A stretch of DNA of 64,000 nt from a bacterium. Its GTDB lineage: Bacteria > UBA8248. Under the pieces are notes generated by a model that was not told the origin of the DNA, searched no databases, and worked only from the letters and a program-made list of their open reading frames with translations. The first letter of the stretch is position 1, and the number at the start of each line of letters is the position of its first letter. The stretch is taken from contig OZ241326.1 in assembly GCA_965199855.1 (NCBI GenBank), positions 192,001 through 256,000 on the forward strand. The letters are read 5' to 3'. A program made the position numbers and the translations under genes. Shown here in pieces: positions 51,691 to 61,950 of this stretch.

Positions 51691-54600
51691 TCAGGAGCTG
51701 GCGTCCGCGGCTTCGAGCAGGGCGGCGACCAGCGATTCCAGCCGCGCGGCCGCGCCGTCCCCGGCGAGGGCGTCGCGGATGCGTCCGCGGGCGCGGGTGA
51801 AGTATTCGCCCTCCTTCATCGGGACGGCGCGCGCGACCTCCTCCGCCCTCTTCGCCGCATCGGCGATTTCCCGATGAAGCGAATCGTCCTCGTCGAATTT
51901 CGGGAAAGGCAGGTTGAACACGTATTTGTCAAAATGCCGCGCGCCCCATTGGCCTTGCGCCTGATACCGCTCAACACCGCCACGCAGAACCTCGCTGTTC
52001 AGAATGCCGCACAAATATCTCCCCTCGTTCACACCATCCACTCGCGCCCAATAAAGACTGGAGTCAATGATCGCCGTTTCGTCCTGAACGATACAGGCGG
52101 CGAGGTTGGCGCCCGACGTCGTATAAACGACGCGGATCGGCTCTATCGGAAACTGGCGCGTCAGCTTCCCGTAGTAGTCGCATTGCTCGAGAAAGCTCAT
52201 GGAACTTCGCTTGTGCCGCTCCCAGAGGGCCTCGGCCTGTTCGAGCCATCGCGTGAGTCGAAGACACCCTCGGCTTATCGCCGTTCTGGCGTCCATGAGC
52301 TCCCGCTTTTCCGCGTCCCAAGGGATGACGGCCCGCTGCGGGGCGAGAACGCGGAACGGGGCGATGGATTCTCCCAGCAGGGCCGGACGCAGGAATTCCC
52401 TGTCCACGGGGCCTTCCGGCGGCTTCAGGTTTTTCCAGGGCGGCTTGTCCAGATTGCCCGCTCGCCCCCGAACCATCGGGAACACGGGGTTGGGAGGCAG
52501 GATTCTCGATATTCGCACCTCCTCAACGAGAACGAGGCGGCGGGGGACCAAAATCGCGCCCTGCCGGAACGCCCTGCGATAGGGGGAGCCGTTTTGTCTG
52601 GCGGCCTGCGTCGGCCAGGGAGCCGCCGTTTCGACCAGGTTCGCGTCCGCCGCGTCCCTGTCGGCGTCTCGTCTCGGCAGCGTCCCGGCGAACGAGCTTA
52701 TCCGGTCGGGCGGCCGCGCCGCCGCGTCGCCATGATGGGCTTCAGCGAAGAGGACGCAGCTCGGCACCGGAAAAAGCGGCGCGAGCTCCGGCCCGAACCC
52801 CCAGGCCTTGGTGAAGCGCAGTCGAAAGACGAGGCTGTTCAGTCTGGAAACTTCTCCGTCCCGGAACGCCGCATAGGCCTGGCGCGACATGGCGGCGTGG
52901 GGCATGACCAGGGCGATCCGCCCCGTCCGGCGCATATACAGCAGAGCCGCGCGCATGAAGAAATAACCCGACAAGTCTTGGTGGGTTGCGACCTTGCCGC
53001 CGCTCCATAGCCTCGCCGCCTCGCATTCGGATCGAAAGCGCCTTTGAAATTCCGCGCTCATATACCGGTAGGCCACCCAGGGCGGATTGCCGATTACGAC
53101 GTCGGCTTTTCGCGCTTCCGACGCCAGATAGACCGGGCGGGCGAGGTTGCGCGCCACGTAGCCCCAGATGTGGTTGCGACCCTCATTTTGCAGGCGGAGC
53201 ATGACTTTGTAGGTTTTTCGGAGAATCTTGGCGTTTTCGGGAGACGTGGAAACCCTCCGCTCCATCCAGGCGGCGAAATTGGCCACCGGCTCCGCGCGCG
53301 AGCCGAGATCGAGCATGGCGTTCAAAACGCGGTCGAACAAGGAGGCGTCGGAAGCGACGGCGGCCGGAAAGCGGAGGGACGCTTCGTCCAGCCGCCGGAG
53401 CGCCGGTTCCGCTATCGTAACGGCCGGCACGAATATCTCCAGCGTGTCGCCGTCGGAAATCAGCCCCATTTGCGGCCCCTCTTCATGGCCATGCGCGACG
53501 TTCCACTGGAGCGCGTCGCCCAGATAAACGGGCAGCGGAATCTCTCCCGGGTGCTCTTGGCGCAGCACGGGCATGAGCGCGAGCAGATAGGTCGCGCGGG
53601 CGAAGATGACGGCGACGGGATGAATGTCGATGCCGGCCGCCTTCTCGACGGCGAGGCGGGCCGCCTCCGCCGCCGACATGCCCGAAGCCTCCGCCGCCTC
53701 CAGCGCGGCGCGCACCGCGTGAAACAGGAACGTTCCCGAGCCGCAGGCCGGGTCCATCACCCGCTGCTCCAGTGGATTCTCTACGGCTTCCGCGATCATG
53801 CGGGCGGCGAGCCAGTCCGGGGTGTAGTATTCGCCCAGCTCGTGGCGGGTCTCCGGGTCGATGAGGCTCTCGTAGAGGGCCTTGAGAATATCGACGCGAA
53901 TATCCCGCAGGCGAAACCGGTTCGCGTGCCGGTAAATCCGCATCACCAGCGCATCGCCCGCCTCGTCGGCCAGCAGCCAGTCGAAGAAATCGGGCTCGTT
54001 TTGTCCGCTGATGCCGAAATCCGAGAACGCCGCGCCGTGCAGAAGAGATCCCGCATCCTCGGGCGGGGCCTCGACAATCGCCGCCCAGGCGATCGCCTTG
54101 GCGATGACGGCGAGGTAGGTGTGCTGGAGAAACAGGGCGTCGTCCCCGACTCTCGCGCCGTAGGCGAGTCCCAGAAGCCCGTCCCACAGCTCGCGCTTCA
54201 GCAGGGCTTCGGGCGTTTGTCCGACCCGCGCCCAGAGCTCGGCGAGATCGTCCAGGGCGCGAAGGGAGGCCAGGCTCCCGCGCCCGAATTCGCGCGTGAT
54301 GGTCGCCGGGTCGGGCGTCAGCTCCTCGCCGAGGGCCACGGCGCCCCGCAGCCACGCCGACAGCTCCCGCGCCGCCTCCGGGTCCGCGCGGTGGGCGCCG
54401 ACCTCGACGACGCTCCCGTTTTTGAGGAAATACGCGGCGAAGTCCGCGCCGTCGGCGGCGACGCCGACGTATCTCTCGCCCGTCTCGCTCTCGCGTTCGG
54501 CGAGGTAGCGCGTCAGCCCTTCTTCGGCGTCCCCGCGCTCGCGCCTCAGGTCGGACTTGAACTCGAACACCGTCCTGCCGAGCAGGGCGTCGATCCGCCC

Positions 54601-54756
54601 GCGCGCTTCGGGGACGGACTTCTCGAAGTCGATGTCCCGGCTGTCGGCGCCGAGATCATCGACGAGGAGGCGATGCGTCAGCGCGCGAACCTTCTCGTGG
54701 CCGGGCCTGGAGGCCAGCTCGGAGACGACCTCGTCCCTTTGCTCGTTCGTCAGCAC
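51691..54756 (-). CDS. Type IIG-like restriction-modification fusion (N6-adenine MTase with N-terminal PD-(D/E)xK nuclease)
   Basis: GRIDALLGRTVFEFK, LGEYYTPDW, DPACGSGTF, IGNPPW; start uncertain (GTG at 54756, up to 54864). Confidence 0.85.
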   Translation of the reverse strand: MLTNEQRDEVVSELASRPGHEKVRALTHRLLVDDLGADSRDIDFEKSVPEARGRIDALLGRTVFEFKSDLRRERGDAEEGLTRYLAERESETGERYVGVAADGADFAAYFLKNGSVVEVGAHRADPEAARELSAWLRGAVALGEELTPDPATITREFGRGSLASLRALDDLAELWARVGQTPEALLKRELWDGLLGLAYGARVGDDALFLQHTYLAVIAKAIAWAAIVEAPPEDAGSLLHGAAFSDFGISGQNEPDFFDWLLADEAGDALVMRIYRHANRFRLRDIRVDILKALYESLIDPETRHELGEYYTPDWLAARMIAEAVENPLEQRVMDPACGSGTFLFHAVRAALEAAEASGMSAAEAARLAVEKAAGIDIHPVAVIFARATYLLALMPVLRQEHPGEIPLPVYLGDALQWNVAHGHEEGPQMGLISDGDTLEIFVPAVTIAEPALRRLDEASLRFPAAVASDASLFDRVLNAMLDLGSRAEPVANFAAWMERRVSTSPENAKILRKTYKVMLRLQNEGRNHIWGYVARNLARPVYLASEARKADVVIGNPPWVAYRYMSAEFQRRFRSECEAARLWSGGKVATHQDLSGYFFMRAALLYMRRTGRIALVMPHAAMSRQAYAAFRDGEVSRLNSLVFRLRFTKAWGFGPELAPLFPVPSCVLFAEAHHGDAAARPPDRISSFAGTLPRRDADRDAADANLVETAAPWPTQAARQNGSPYRRAFRQGAILVPRRLVLVEEVRISRILPPNPVFPMVRGRAGNLDKPPWKNLKPPEGPVDREFLRPALLGESIAPFRVLAPQRAVIPWDAEKRELMDARTAISRGCLRLTRWLEQAEALWERHKRSSMSFLEQCDYYGKLTRQFPIEPIRVVYTTSGANLAACIVQDETAIIDSSLYWARVDGVNEGRYLCGILNSEVLRGGVERYQAQGQWGARHFDKYVFNLPFPKFDEDDSLHREIADAAKRAEEVARAVPMKEGEYFTRARGRIRDALAGDGAAARLESLVAALLEAADASS

Positions 54757-54919
54757 GCTGAAGCTCTCCGGGGCCGGATCAAGCGGCGCTCTCCTCCGCG
54801 TTCGGCGCCGCGCCACGCCGCGTCTCCCGCAAAGTGTATAGCGCATCCGCCGCGCAGCTCTCAATCCGCTCCATCGCGCTCGCGCCGTCTCCGCCGGGGG
54901 AGCACGCGAGCGTCCCCCC

Positions 54920-55789
54920 TCAATGTCCCAGGGCGATGGCGGCCATGCCGCTCGCCGCCACGCACGCGCCGAGGACGAGCCTGGGCCGCACCCGCGTCAT
55001 GTCGCGCAGCATGAGTGCCGTGAAGATCACCGAGAAGATGGGCATGGAGGCGATGACAGGCCCCACGACGCTCACCTCCGCGCTGAGGATGGCGAGGTTG
55101 TAGAGAGCCTGGCCCGCCGCGTTCAGCGCGCCCACGAGGATGATGGTCGCCACCGCCCAGCGCGGTCCCCACGCGAAGAGCCGGGGCGGGGCGGCGAGCC
55201 TGAGCGCGCAGATGACGGGGAGGCTCACCAGGTTCGACCAAGCGACCGTGAGCGCGACGTTGGGCGTCGCGGCCAGCCCCTTCTTGCGGATGAACACGCT
55301 CACGCCCAGCGAGACCGCGCTGGCGAACGCCCAGAACATTCCCGGACGAAGCCAGCGCCCCCGGACGGGCTCGAAGCTCACCAGGGCGACGCCAGCGGCG
55401 ACGAGCGCCGTGCCCGCGAGAACGGCCGGCCCCGGCCGCTCGCCCAGGAACAGGACGGCCAGCGAGAGGCTCAGCAGGGGAGAGGCGCTCATCACCGTCA
55501 TGAGCCTGGGCGGGCCCACGGCGTCAATCGCCTTGTAATAGACGAGGCGCCCGCAGCCGTAGGCGGTCAGACCCAGCAGGGCGAACCAGAGCGCGCCCTC
55601 CAGCGTGATCTCGCCCGGCTCGTATTCCCACCAGCCGAAGAGCGCCAGGACGATCATGTTGAACACGTTGGTGAGCAGGGCGGCGGACAGCAGCCCCATG
55701 CTGCGCAGGGGCCTCGCGGCGAGGACGCCCGTGAACGCCGCCATGACGGCCGCCGCAAGCGCCCAGAGAATTCCCGCCGTGCCCTCCAT
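54920..55789 (-). CDS. EamA/DMT family transporter
   Basis: Ten-helix hydrophobic pattern, AVLFLGERPG; start trimmed to MEGTAG. Confidence 0.85.
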   Translation of the reverse strand: MEGTAGILWALAAAVMAAFTGVLAARPLRSMGLLSAALLTNVFNMIVLALFGWWEYEPGEITLEGALWFALLGLTAYGCGRLVYYKAIDAVGPPRLMTVMSASPLLSLSLAVLFLGERPGPAVLAGTALVAAGVALVSFEPVRGRWLRPGMFWAFASAVSLGVSVFIRKKGLAATPNVALTVAWSNLVSLPVICALRLAAPPRLFAWGPRWAVATIILVGALNAAGQALYNLAILSAEVSVVGPVIASMPIFSVIFTALMLRDMTRVRPRLVLGACVAASGMAAIALGH

Positions 55790-55827
55790 CGCGCGGCGCG
55801 CCTCGTCTTCGGGCGGGAAGCGGGGCG

Positions 55828-56703
55828 TCAGCCGTGCCGGCCGACGCCCACCGCCGCGATCCCCGCCACCGCGATGACGACGCCCAGCACCACGCGCGCG
55901 CTCAGGCGCTCGATGCCGCGCAGGAACAGCGCGGAGAGGCACAGGGCGAAAATGGGCGTGCTGCTCAGAATGGGCACCGCCAGCGAGAGCTTCCCCTTGA
56001 GCGCCAGGTTGATGAGTATCTGCATCAGCCCGTTGATGGTCGTCCCGAAGAGCAGGAGCGGAATATAGCGCCTCGACCCCCACTCGAAATAGCGCCTGGG
56101 CAGAAAGCGGCGCAGCCCCTCGGAGGTGGGAATGGCGACGAGCGCCGACCAGGCGGTGAGCAGGGCGGGCGCCGCCATCCAGGACATGCCCTCCTTGCGC
56201 ATGAAGGCGCTGGCGACCAGCATGAACATGCTCGCTATCGACCAGCCGACGCCCGCGCGAAACCACCTTCCGCCCGAGGGCTCGTAGCTCACGGCCGCCA
56301 CGCCCAGGACGACGAGCCCCGTGCCCAGCATCACCAGCCGGCCGGGCGACTCGCCCAGAAAAACGACCGCCAGAAGCAGGCTGGGGAGCGGCGCCATGCT
56401 CGTGATGGTGATGTGGCGGGAGGGGCCGACGGCGTTCATGCCGGTGTAGAACACCCAGCGGTTGACGCTGTAGTTCGTCACGCCCAGCGCGCCGAACCAG
56501 ACGAACGCCTCCCACCGGAAGCTCCCCGGCTCATACATCCACAGCCCGATGGCCCCGAGCATCAGGGCGTTGCCGACGTTGTTGAACTGGGCGAGGGCGA
56601 AGGAGCCCATCTGCCGCAGGACGGGCGCGAAGGCGACGTTCGTCGCCGCGCTCACGAAAGCCGCCGAAATGGCGAGCAGAATCGTCCAGGATTCGGAGGT
56701 CAT
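55828..56703 (-). CDS. EamA/DMT family transporter (tandem paralog)
   Basis: AVVFLGESPG; clear similarity to the adjacent gene. Confidence 0.85.
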   Translation of the reverse strand: MTSESWTILLAISAAFVSAATNVAFAPVLRQMGSFALAQFNNVGNALMLGAIGLWMYEPGSFRWEAFVWFGALGVTNYSVNRWVFYTGMNAVGPSRHITITSMAPLPSLLLAVVFLGESPGRLVMLGTGLVVLGVAAVSYEPSGGRWFRAGVGWSIASMFMLVASAFMRKEGMSWMAAPALLTAWSALVAIPTSEGLRRFLPRRYFEWGSRRYIPLLLFGTTINGLMQILINLALKGKLSLAVPILSSTPIFALCLSALFLRGIERLSARVVLGVVIAVAGIAAVGVGRHG

Positions 56704-56909
56704 GCGCCCGTCATTTCAGGAAGCGCGCGCCCGCCGGGGCGGGGCGATTCGTCCGGGAGGCTCCGCGCCTCTCCCGCGCGAAAGCCCGAAGCAAGGCGGC
56801 CGTCAGACATTTCCCCTCCCGCTTCCGGCTTCGCCGTTTTCTCGCGGATGGAACTCTGGTATATCTAAACAAGCATGACGTGGCGTCACAGCCGCCATTA
56901 TAGGGATGT

Positions 56910-58391
56910 ATGGAGAAGGGAAAAATGCGGGATCGTCTTTGTCCTTCAAAATCCGGCGCGCGGGCGCCGGCCTCCGTCCTCGCCGCGGCGCTGCTCGGCA
57001 TGGCTCTCCTCCTCGCGCCGGCGGGGGCGCAGTCCGCCGCGAAGGCGTCGGGGCTGCCCTCGCTCGCCGGGCTGGCCGAGAAGCTCAGCCCCTCCGTGGT
57101 GAACATCAGCACGGAGACGGAGGCCGCGAAGCGCCCGGAGCGCGGCTTTCCCGGCGCGCCCGACGACTTCTGGGGCGAGTTCTTCCGGCGCTTCCACGAG
57201 GGCCCCTTCGGCCCCCGGGGCGGCCCGCGGCCCAGACGCCGCCGGCCCGCGAGCATGGGCTCGGGCTTCGTCGTCACCGGCGCCGGCCTCATCCTGACGA
57301 ACAACCACGTCGTCGAGAACGCCTCGAAAATCACGGTTCGCTTCGAGGACAAGAGAAAGCGCGGGGCGAAGGTCGTGGGCCGGGACCCCGAGACCGACAT
57401 CGCGCTCCTTCAGGTGGAGGCGAAGCCCGGCGACAGGTTCGCCCCGGTGAAGCTCGGAGACAGCGGGAATCTTCGCGTCGGCGACTGGGTGATGGCCATC
57501 GGCAACCCCTTCGGGCTCTCGCACACTGTGACCGCCGGAATCGTCAGCGCCAAGGGGCGCGTCATCGGCTCGGGCCGCTTCGACAACTTCATCCAGACGG
57601 ACGCCTCCATCAACCCGGGCAACAGCGGGGGGCCCCTCTTCGACCTGAGCGGCAGCGTAGTGGGCATCAACACCGCCATATTCAGCAGGGGCGGTGGGAA
57701 CATGGGCATCGGCTTCGCCATTCCGGTGGACATGGCGAAGAAGCTCATTCCCCAGCTTCGCAAGGGGGTGGTGACGCGCGGATTCCTGGGCGTGTCCATC
57801 CAGGCCGTCAATGAAAGCCTGGCGAAGGAGCTGGGCCTCAAGGAGGCGCGCGGCGCGCTGGTCGCCAACCTGGTGGAGGACGGCCCCGCGAAGAAGGCCG
57901 GCGTCAAGCGGGGCGACGTGATCGTCAGAGTCAACGAGGAAGAAATAGAAAGCCCGCGCGCCCTCTCGCTCAAGGCGGCCGACCTGACCCCGGGCGACGT
58001 CGCGAAAATCGCCGTCATCCGCGACGGCGAGAAGCGCGACATCGAGATCAAGGTGGGGAAGCTGCCCGGACCGAAGCAGCTGGCGAAGGCGCTCCGCCCC
58101 GCGCTTCAGAAGAAACTGGGCATCGAGGGGCAGAACCTCACGCCCGAGATCAGAAAGCAGATCGGCGCGAAGGCGAAAAAGGGCGTCGTCATCTCCAACG
58201 TGTTGCCGGGGACGCCGGCGGCCGCGGCCGGCCTGCGCCGGGGGGACATCATCGTGGAGGCGAACCGCAAGGCGGTCGCCGACACGGAGGAGTTGCGCGC
58301 GGCGCTCAAAAAGGGAGAGAACAAGGGCAACCTGCTCGTCATTGAGCGGCGCGGCTCGACGCTCTACGTCGCGCTGGAAGGGAAGGGATAG
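56910..58391 (+). CDS. Do/DegQ (HtrA) family serine protease with two PDZ domains
   Basis: GSGF, TNNHV, DIALL, INPGNSGGPL. Confidence 0.95.
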   Translation: MEKGKMRDRLCPSKSGARAPASVLAAALLGMALLLAPAGAQSAAKASGLPSLAGLAEKLSPSVVNISTETEAAKRPERGFPGAPDDFWGEFFRRFHEGPFGPRGGPRPRRRRPASMGSGFVVTGAGLILTNNHVVENASKITVRFEDKRKRGAKVVGRDPETDIALLQVEAKPGDRFAPVKLGDSGNLRVGDWVMAIGNPFGLSHTVTAGIVSAKGRVIGSGRFDNFIQTDASINPGNSGGPLFDLSGSVVGINTAIFSRGGGNMGIGFAIPVDMAKKLIPQLRKGVVTRGFLGVSIQAVNESLAKELGLKEARGALVANLVEDGPAKKAGVKRGDVIVRVNEEEIESPRALSLKAADLTPGDVAKIAVIRDGEKRDIEIKVGKLPGPKQLAKALRPALQKKLGIEGQNLTPEIRKQIGAKAKKGVVISNVLPGTPAAAAGLRRGDIIVEANRKAVADTEELRAALKKGENKGNLLVIERRGSTLYVALEGKG

Positions 58392-58393
58392 GG

Positions 58394-59317
58394 GTGGCGA
58401 ACGCGGTCGAGAGGCAGGTCGGACTGAGCGAGAGCATCATCGCCGCGGCCTCGCAAATCCGCGACGAGCTGGACGCCAGGGCCATCTTCTTTCACGCGGA
58501 CGCGATGAGGGACCTCGACGCCCTCTCCGGGTTTCCCCCGGAGGTGGCGCGCTTCGCCACCACCTGCTCGCCCGAGCTCTACGAGGAGCTGGAAGGGCGC
58601 GGCTGCCGGGTGATGCGGCTGCCCGCCCTGTCCCTGAACCGGATAGACATCATCAAGATGGGCGTCGTCATCGCGCTGAGCGAGGGCTCCATCACCCAGA
58701 GCGACACGGTGATCTGCCTCTCGGGCCTGCCCGAGAACGAGGAGCTCGACACCCTGATGGTCTTTCATCTGGACCGCGAAAAGGAGATGCTCCAGACCTC
58801 GGAGACGCGGAGCGCCGTCGAGGGCGTGGACCCGAAGGCGTTCGAGACGGTGCTCTCGCTCGCCCTCGAGCTCGGCGCCGAGGGCCGGGAGGGAAGGCCG
58901 CGCGGGGCGCTCCTCGTTCTGGGCGACCACGATCTGGTGCTTCAGTATTCGCGCCAGCTCGTCATCAACCCCTTTCACGGATACCCCGAAGAGCAGCGGA
59001 ACATCATGGACCCGGCGCTGCGCGAGACCATCAAGGAGTTCAGCGCCATCGACGGCGCGTTCGTCATTCGGGGGGACGGAATCATCGAGGCCGCCGGCAG
59101 GCACCTGAACGCGGCGCCCGAGAACGACCTGCCCCCCGGCCTGGGGTCGCGCCACGTGGCCGCGGCGGGCATCACGGAGGTGAGCGCCGCCATATCGTTC
59201 GCCGTCAGCGAATCGACGGGGAGCGTCACCATCCTCAAGGACGGGAAGGTGTTCATGCAGATCAGCAAGTCCCGCCCCGCCAGAACGCCGAAGACGGGAA
59301 AAGGGAAGAAAAAATAG
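58394..59317 (+). CDS. Diadenylate cyclase (DisA_N/DAC domain), DacZ-like architecture
   Basis: EGREGRPRGAL, IKEFSAIDGAFV, GLGSRHVAAA, VSESTG; soluble N-terminal alpha/beta domain with no transmembrane helices. Confidence 0.85.
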   Translation: MANAVERQVGLSESIIAAASQIRDELDARAIFFHADAMRDLDALSGFPPEVARFATTCSPELYEELEGRGCRVMRLPALSLNRIDIIKMGVVIALSEGSITQSDTVICLSGLPENEELDTLMVFHLDREKEMLQTSETRSAVEGVDPKAFETVLSLALELGAEGREGRPRGALLVLGDHDLVLQYSRQLVINPFHGYPEEQRNIMDPALRETIKEFSAIDGAFVIRGDGIIEAAGRHLNAAPENDLPPGLGSRHVAAAGITEVSAAISFAVSESTGSVTILKDGKVFMQISKSRPARTPKTGKGKKK

Positions 59318-59348
59318 ACGCCGCTCCGGCGGCCTGGGAGAACGCGCG

Positions 59349-59456
59349 ATGGTCTATGGAAAACTCTTCGGACTCCTGGCGCTCATCATCGGCGGAGTCC
59401 TCGGATTGAGCACCATCATCCTGATGCTCGATCTGATCGGCCTCTCGATTTTCTGA
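59349..59456 (+). CDS. 35-aa hydrophobic small membrane protein
   Basis: MVYGKLFGLLALIIGGVLGLSTIILMLDLIGLSIF; GGGAG RBS; GC3-rich codons; fills the gap between co-oriented genes; below the ORF-track size cutoff. Confidence 0.65.
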   Translation: MVYGKLFGLLALIIGGVLGLSTIILMLDLIGLSIF

Positions 59457-59477
59457 GGCCGGCTCCCGGCCCGCTTC

Positions 59478-60230
59478 ATGCCGATCGACCCGTTCGAGCG
59501 ATACAGGCGCAACCGCTTCCTCGCGCCCCTCTCGCCGGACACCCTCGAGAAGGTCGGAAGCCGCGCCGGCCTCTCGGCGGACTCCTCGGTCTTCGACGCG
59601 GCCTGCGGCAAGGGGGGCGGCCTCCTCGCGCTCGCGCGGAGGTTCGGCTGCTTGGCGGTCGGGGTTGACGACCGGCCCGAGTTCGTGGAGGACGGAAGGC
59701 GGCGGGCGCTCTTCGAGGACATGGCCCACCTCGTCGATCTGCTGGTTCACCCGGGCGGCGAGCTTCCCTTCGACGACAACTACTTCGATCTGGCGCTCCT
59801 GGGCGGCCCCGCCCATCCCTCGAACGACATCGACAGGCTGGAGGGCCTGGCGCGAATCGTGAAGCCGGGCGGGCGGATCGCCTTCTCCTGCCTGGCCTGG
59901 AAGCAGGAGGAGGCGGACGTCCCCGCCGGGCGCCTGATGGAATGGCTGGACGGCTACCTCCCCTGCGAGCCGGCCGACGCGGAGGAGCTCTGGGCGCGCT
60001 TCACGGAGGAGGGCTACGGCGTCGAATTCGCGGAGCGCGAAGCGCCGGACGCATGGGAGGATTTTCTCGCCCCCCAGGCCCGCGTCATTCTCGAGAACCG
60101 GCGCGAATACGCCGACGCGCGCGAGGCGCAGGACGTCCTGGACGCATGGCGGCGCGACCTCGAAATCTACCACGAGGGCGGCGGAAAGGAGCTGCTCGAC
60201 TACGCCACCTTCCTCCTTCGGCTCCCGTAA
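59478..60230 (+). CDS. Class I SAM-dependent methyltransferase
   Basis: [24 protein letters not shown]. Confidence 0.82.
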   Translation: MPIDPFERYRRNRFLAPLSPDTLEKVGSRAGLSADSSVFDAACGKGGGLLALARRFGCLAVGVDDRPEFVEDGRRRALFEDMAHLVDLLVHPGGELPFDDNYFDLALLGGPAHPSNDIDRLEGLARIVKPGGRIAFSCLAWKQEEADVPAGRLMEWLDGYLPCEPADAEELWARFTEEGYGVEFAEREAPDAWEDFLAPQARVILENRREYADAREAQDVLDAWRRDLEIYHEGGGKELLDYATFLLRLP

Positions 60231-60400
60231 GGGAAAGCGGGGGAGGAGCGCCTCTCGCGGAGCGGAGGGAGCGTCCCGCGCGACCCGTCGCGTCGCCTGA
60301 ACGGAAACTCCGGCGGCGCCCGCGTTTGACGGGCCGATCGCTCTTGGTATTTCCTTTGAAGCGGGCGCGAGCCGGCGCCTCAAACAGCCAGGGAGCGCGA

Positions 60401-61873
60401 ATGAACGAGCTGCTTCGCCTCACCATCGCGGAAATCGGCGAGAACCTGCGGGCCGGAGAATTCACCGCGGAGGAGCTGACGGGGGCGTATCTCGACCGCA
60501 TCGAGGAAACCGAGGGGCGGGTGGGCGCCTACCTGAGCGTTCTCGCCGACGAGGCCCTGCGCGCCGCGCGCGCGGCCGACGCGAGGCTCCGGGCGGGAGA
60601 CGGCGACTCCCCCCTTCTGGGCGTCCCCGTCGCCGTGAAGGACCTCCTCTGCATGAAGGGGACGAAGACCACCTGCGCCTCGCGGCTTCTGGAGAACTTC
60701 GAGGCGCCCTACGACGCCACCGCCGTGGCGCGGCTGAAGGAGGCGGGCGCGGTCATCCTCGGCAAGCTGAACATGGACGAATTCGCCATGGGCTCCTCCT
60801 GCGAGCGGAGCGCGTTCGGCCCGACCCGCAACCCGTGGAACCTGAAGACCGCCCCGGGCGGCAGCAGCGGCGGCTCAGCTGCCGCCGTGGCGGCGCGCTC
60901 GTGCGCCGTCTCGCTGGGCTCGGACACGGGCGGCTCCATCCGCCAGCCGGCGGCGTGCTGCGGCGTCGTGGGCATGAAGCCCACCTACGGGCGCGTCTCG
61001 CGCTACGGCCTCATCGCCTTCGCCAGCTCGCTGGACCAGATCGGCCCCCTCGCGGGGAGCGTCCGCGACGCGGCCGTTCTGCTGGGCGCCGTGAGCGGCC
61101 ACGACCCGCGCGACTCCACCTCGGCGGACGAGCCCGCGCCCGACTGCGCGGAAGGGCTGGAGGCGGGCGTGAAGGGGCTGAAAATCGGCATCCCCCGCGA
61201 ATACTTCGTCGAGGGCATGGACCCCGAGGTCGAGGCGGCGGTTCGGGAGGCGATGGCCGCGTTCGAGGACATGGGAGCGGAGCTCCTCGACATCTCCCTC
61301 CCCCACACCGAATACGCCCTGCCCGTGTATTACATCCTCGCCCCGGCGGAGGCGAGCAGCAACCTGGCGCGCTACGACGGCGCGCGCTTCGGCGTCCGGG
61401 AGGAGGGGGACTCCCCCTACGGCGCCCTGTTCGGCATGTACGCCGCCAGCCGGGAGAGCGGCTTCGGCGAGGAGGTGAAGCGCCGCGTCATGCTGGGAAC
61501 CTACGCGCTCTCCTCGGGCTACTACGACGCCTACTACGAGAAGGCGCAGAGGGTGCGGACGCTGATTCGCCGCGACTTCCAGGCCGCCTTCGAGACGGTG
61601 GACGTCGCCCTCTCCGCCACGGCGCCGACCCCCGCCTTCGAGATCGGCGAGCGCCTCGACGACCCGCTGAGCATGTATCTCTCCGACATTCTCACCATCC
61701 CCTGCAATCTGGCGGGGCTTCCCGGCATCAGCCAGCCGTGCGGGTTCACCTCGGCGGGCCTGCCGATCGGGCTCCAGCTGGTGGGCAGGCCCTTCGGCGA
61801 GCGGACGATTCTGCGGGCGGCGGCGGCGTTCGAGCGGGCGACGGCGCACCACGAGGCGCGCCCGCCGCTGTGA
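60401..61873 (+). CDS. gatA: Asp/Glu-tRNA amidotransferase subunit A
   Basis: [55 protein letters not shown]. Confidence 0.97.
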   Translation: MNELLRLTIAEIGENLRAGEFTAEELTGAYLDRIEETEGRVGAYLSVLADEALRAARAADARLRAGDGDSPLLGVPVAVKDLLCMKGTKTTCASRLLENFEAPYDATAVARLKEAGAVILGKLNMDEFAMGSSCERSAFGPTRNPWNLKTAPGGSSGGSAAAVAARSCAVSLGSDTGGSIRQPAACCGVVGMKPTYGRVSRYGLIAFASSLDQIGPLAGSVRDAAVLLGAVSGHDPRDSTSADEPAPDCAEGLEAGVKGLKIGIPREYFVEGMDPEVEAAVREAMAAFEDMGAELLDISLPHTEYALPVYYILAPAEASSNLARYDGARFGVREEGDSPYGALFGMYAASRESGFGEEVKRRVMLGTYALSSGYYDAYYEKAQRVRTLIRRDFQAAFETVDVALSATAPTPAFEIGERLDDPLSMYLSDILTIPCNLAGLPGISQPCGFTSAGLPIGLQLVGRPFGERTILRAAAAFERATAHHEARPPL

Positions 61874-61950
61874 GGCGCGCCTCCGCCGGGAGAGCGGGGG
61901 CGGGGAGAGGGCAGAAACTTCGGCGAAGGGGCTTTTGACGGGAGAAGACG

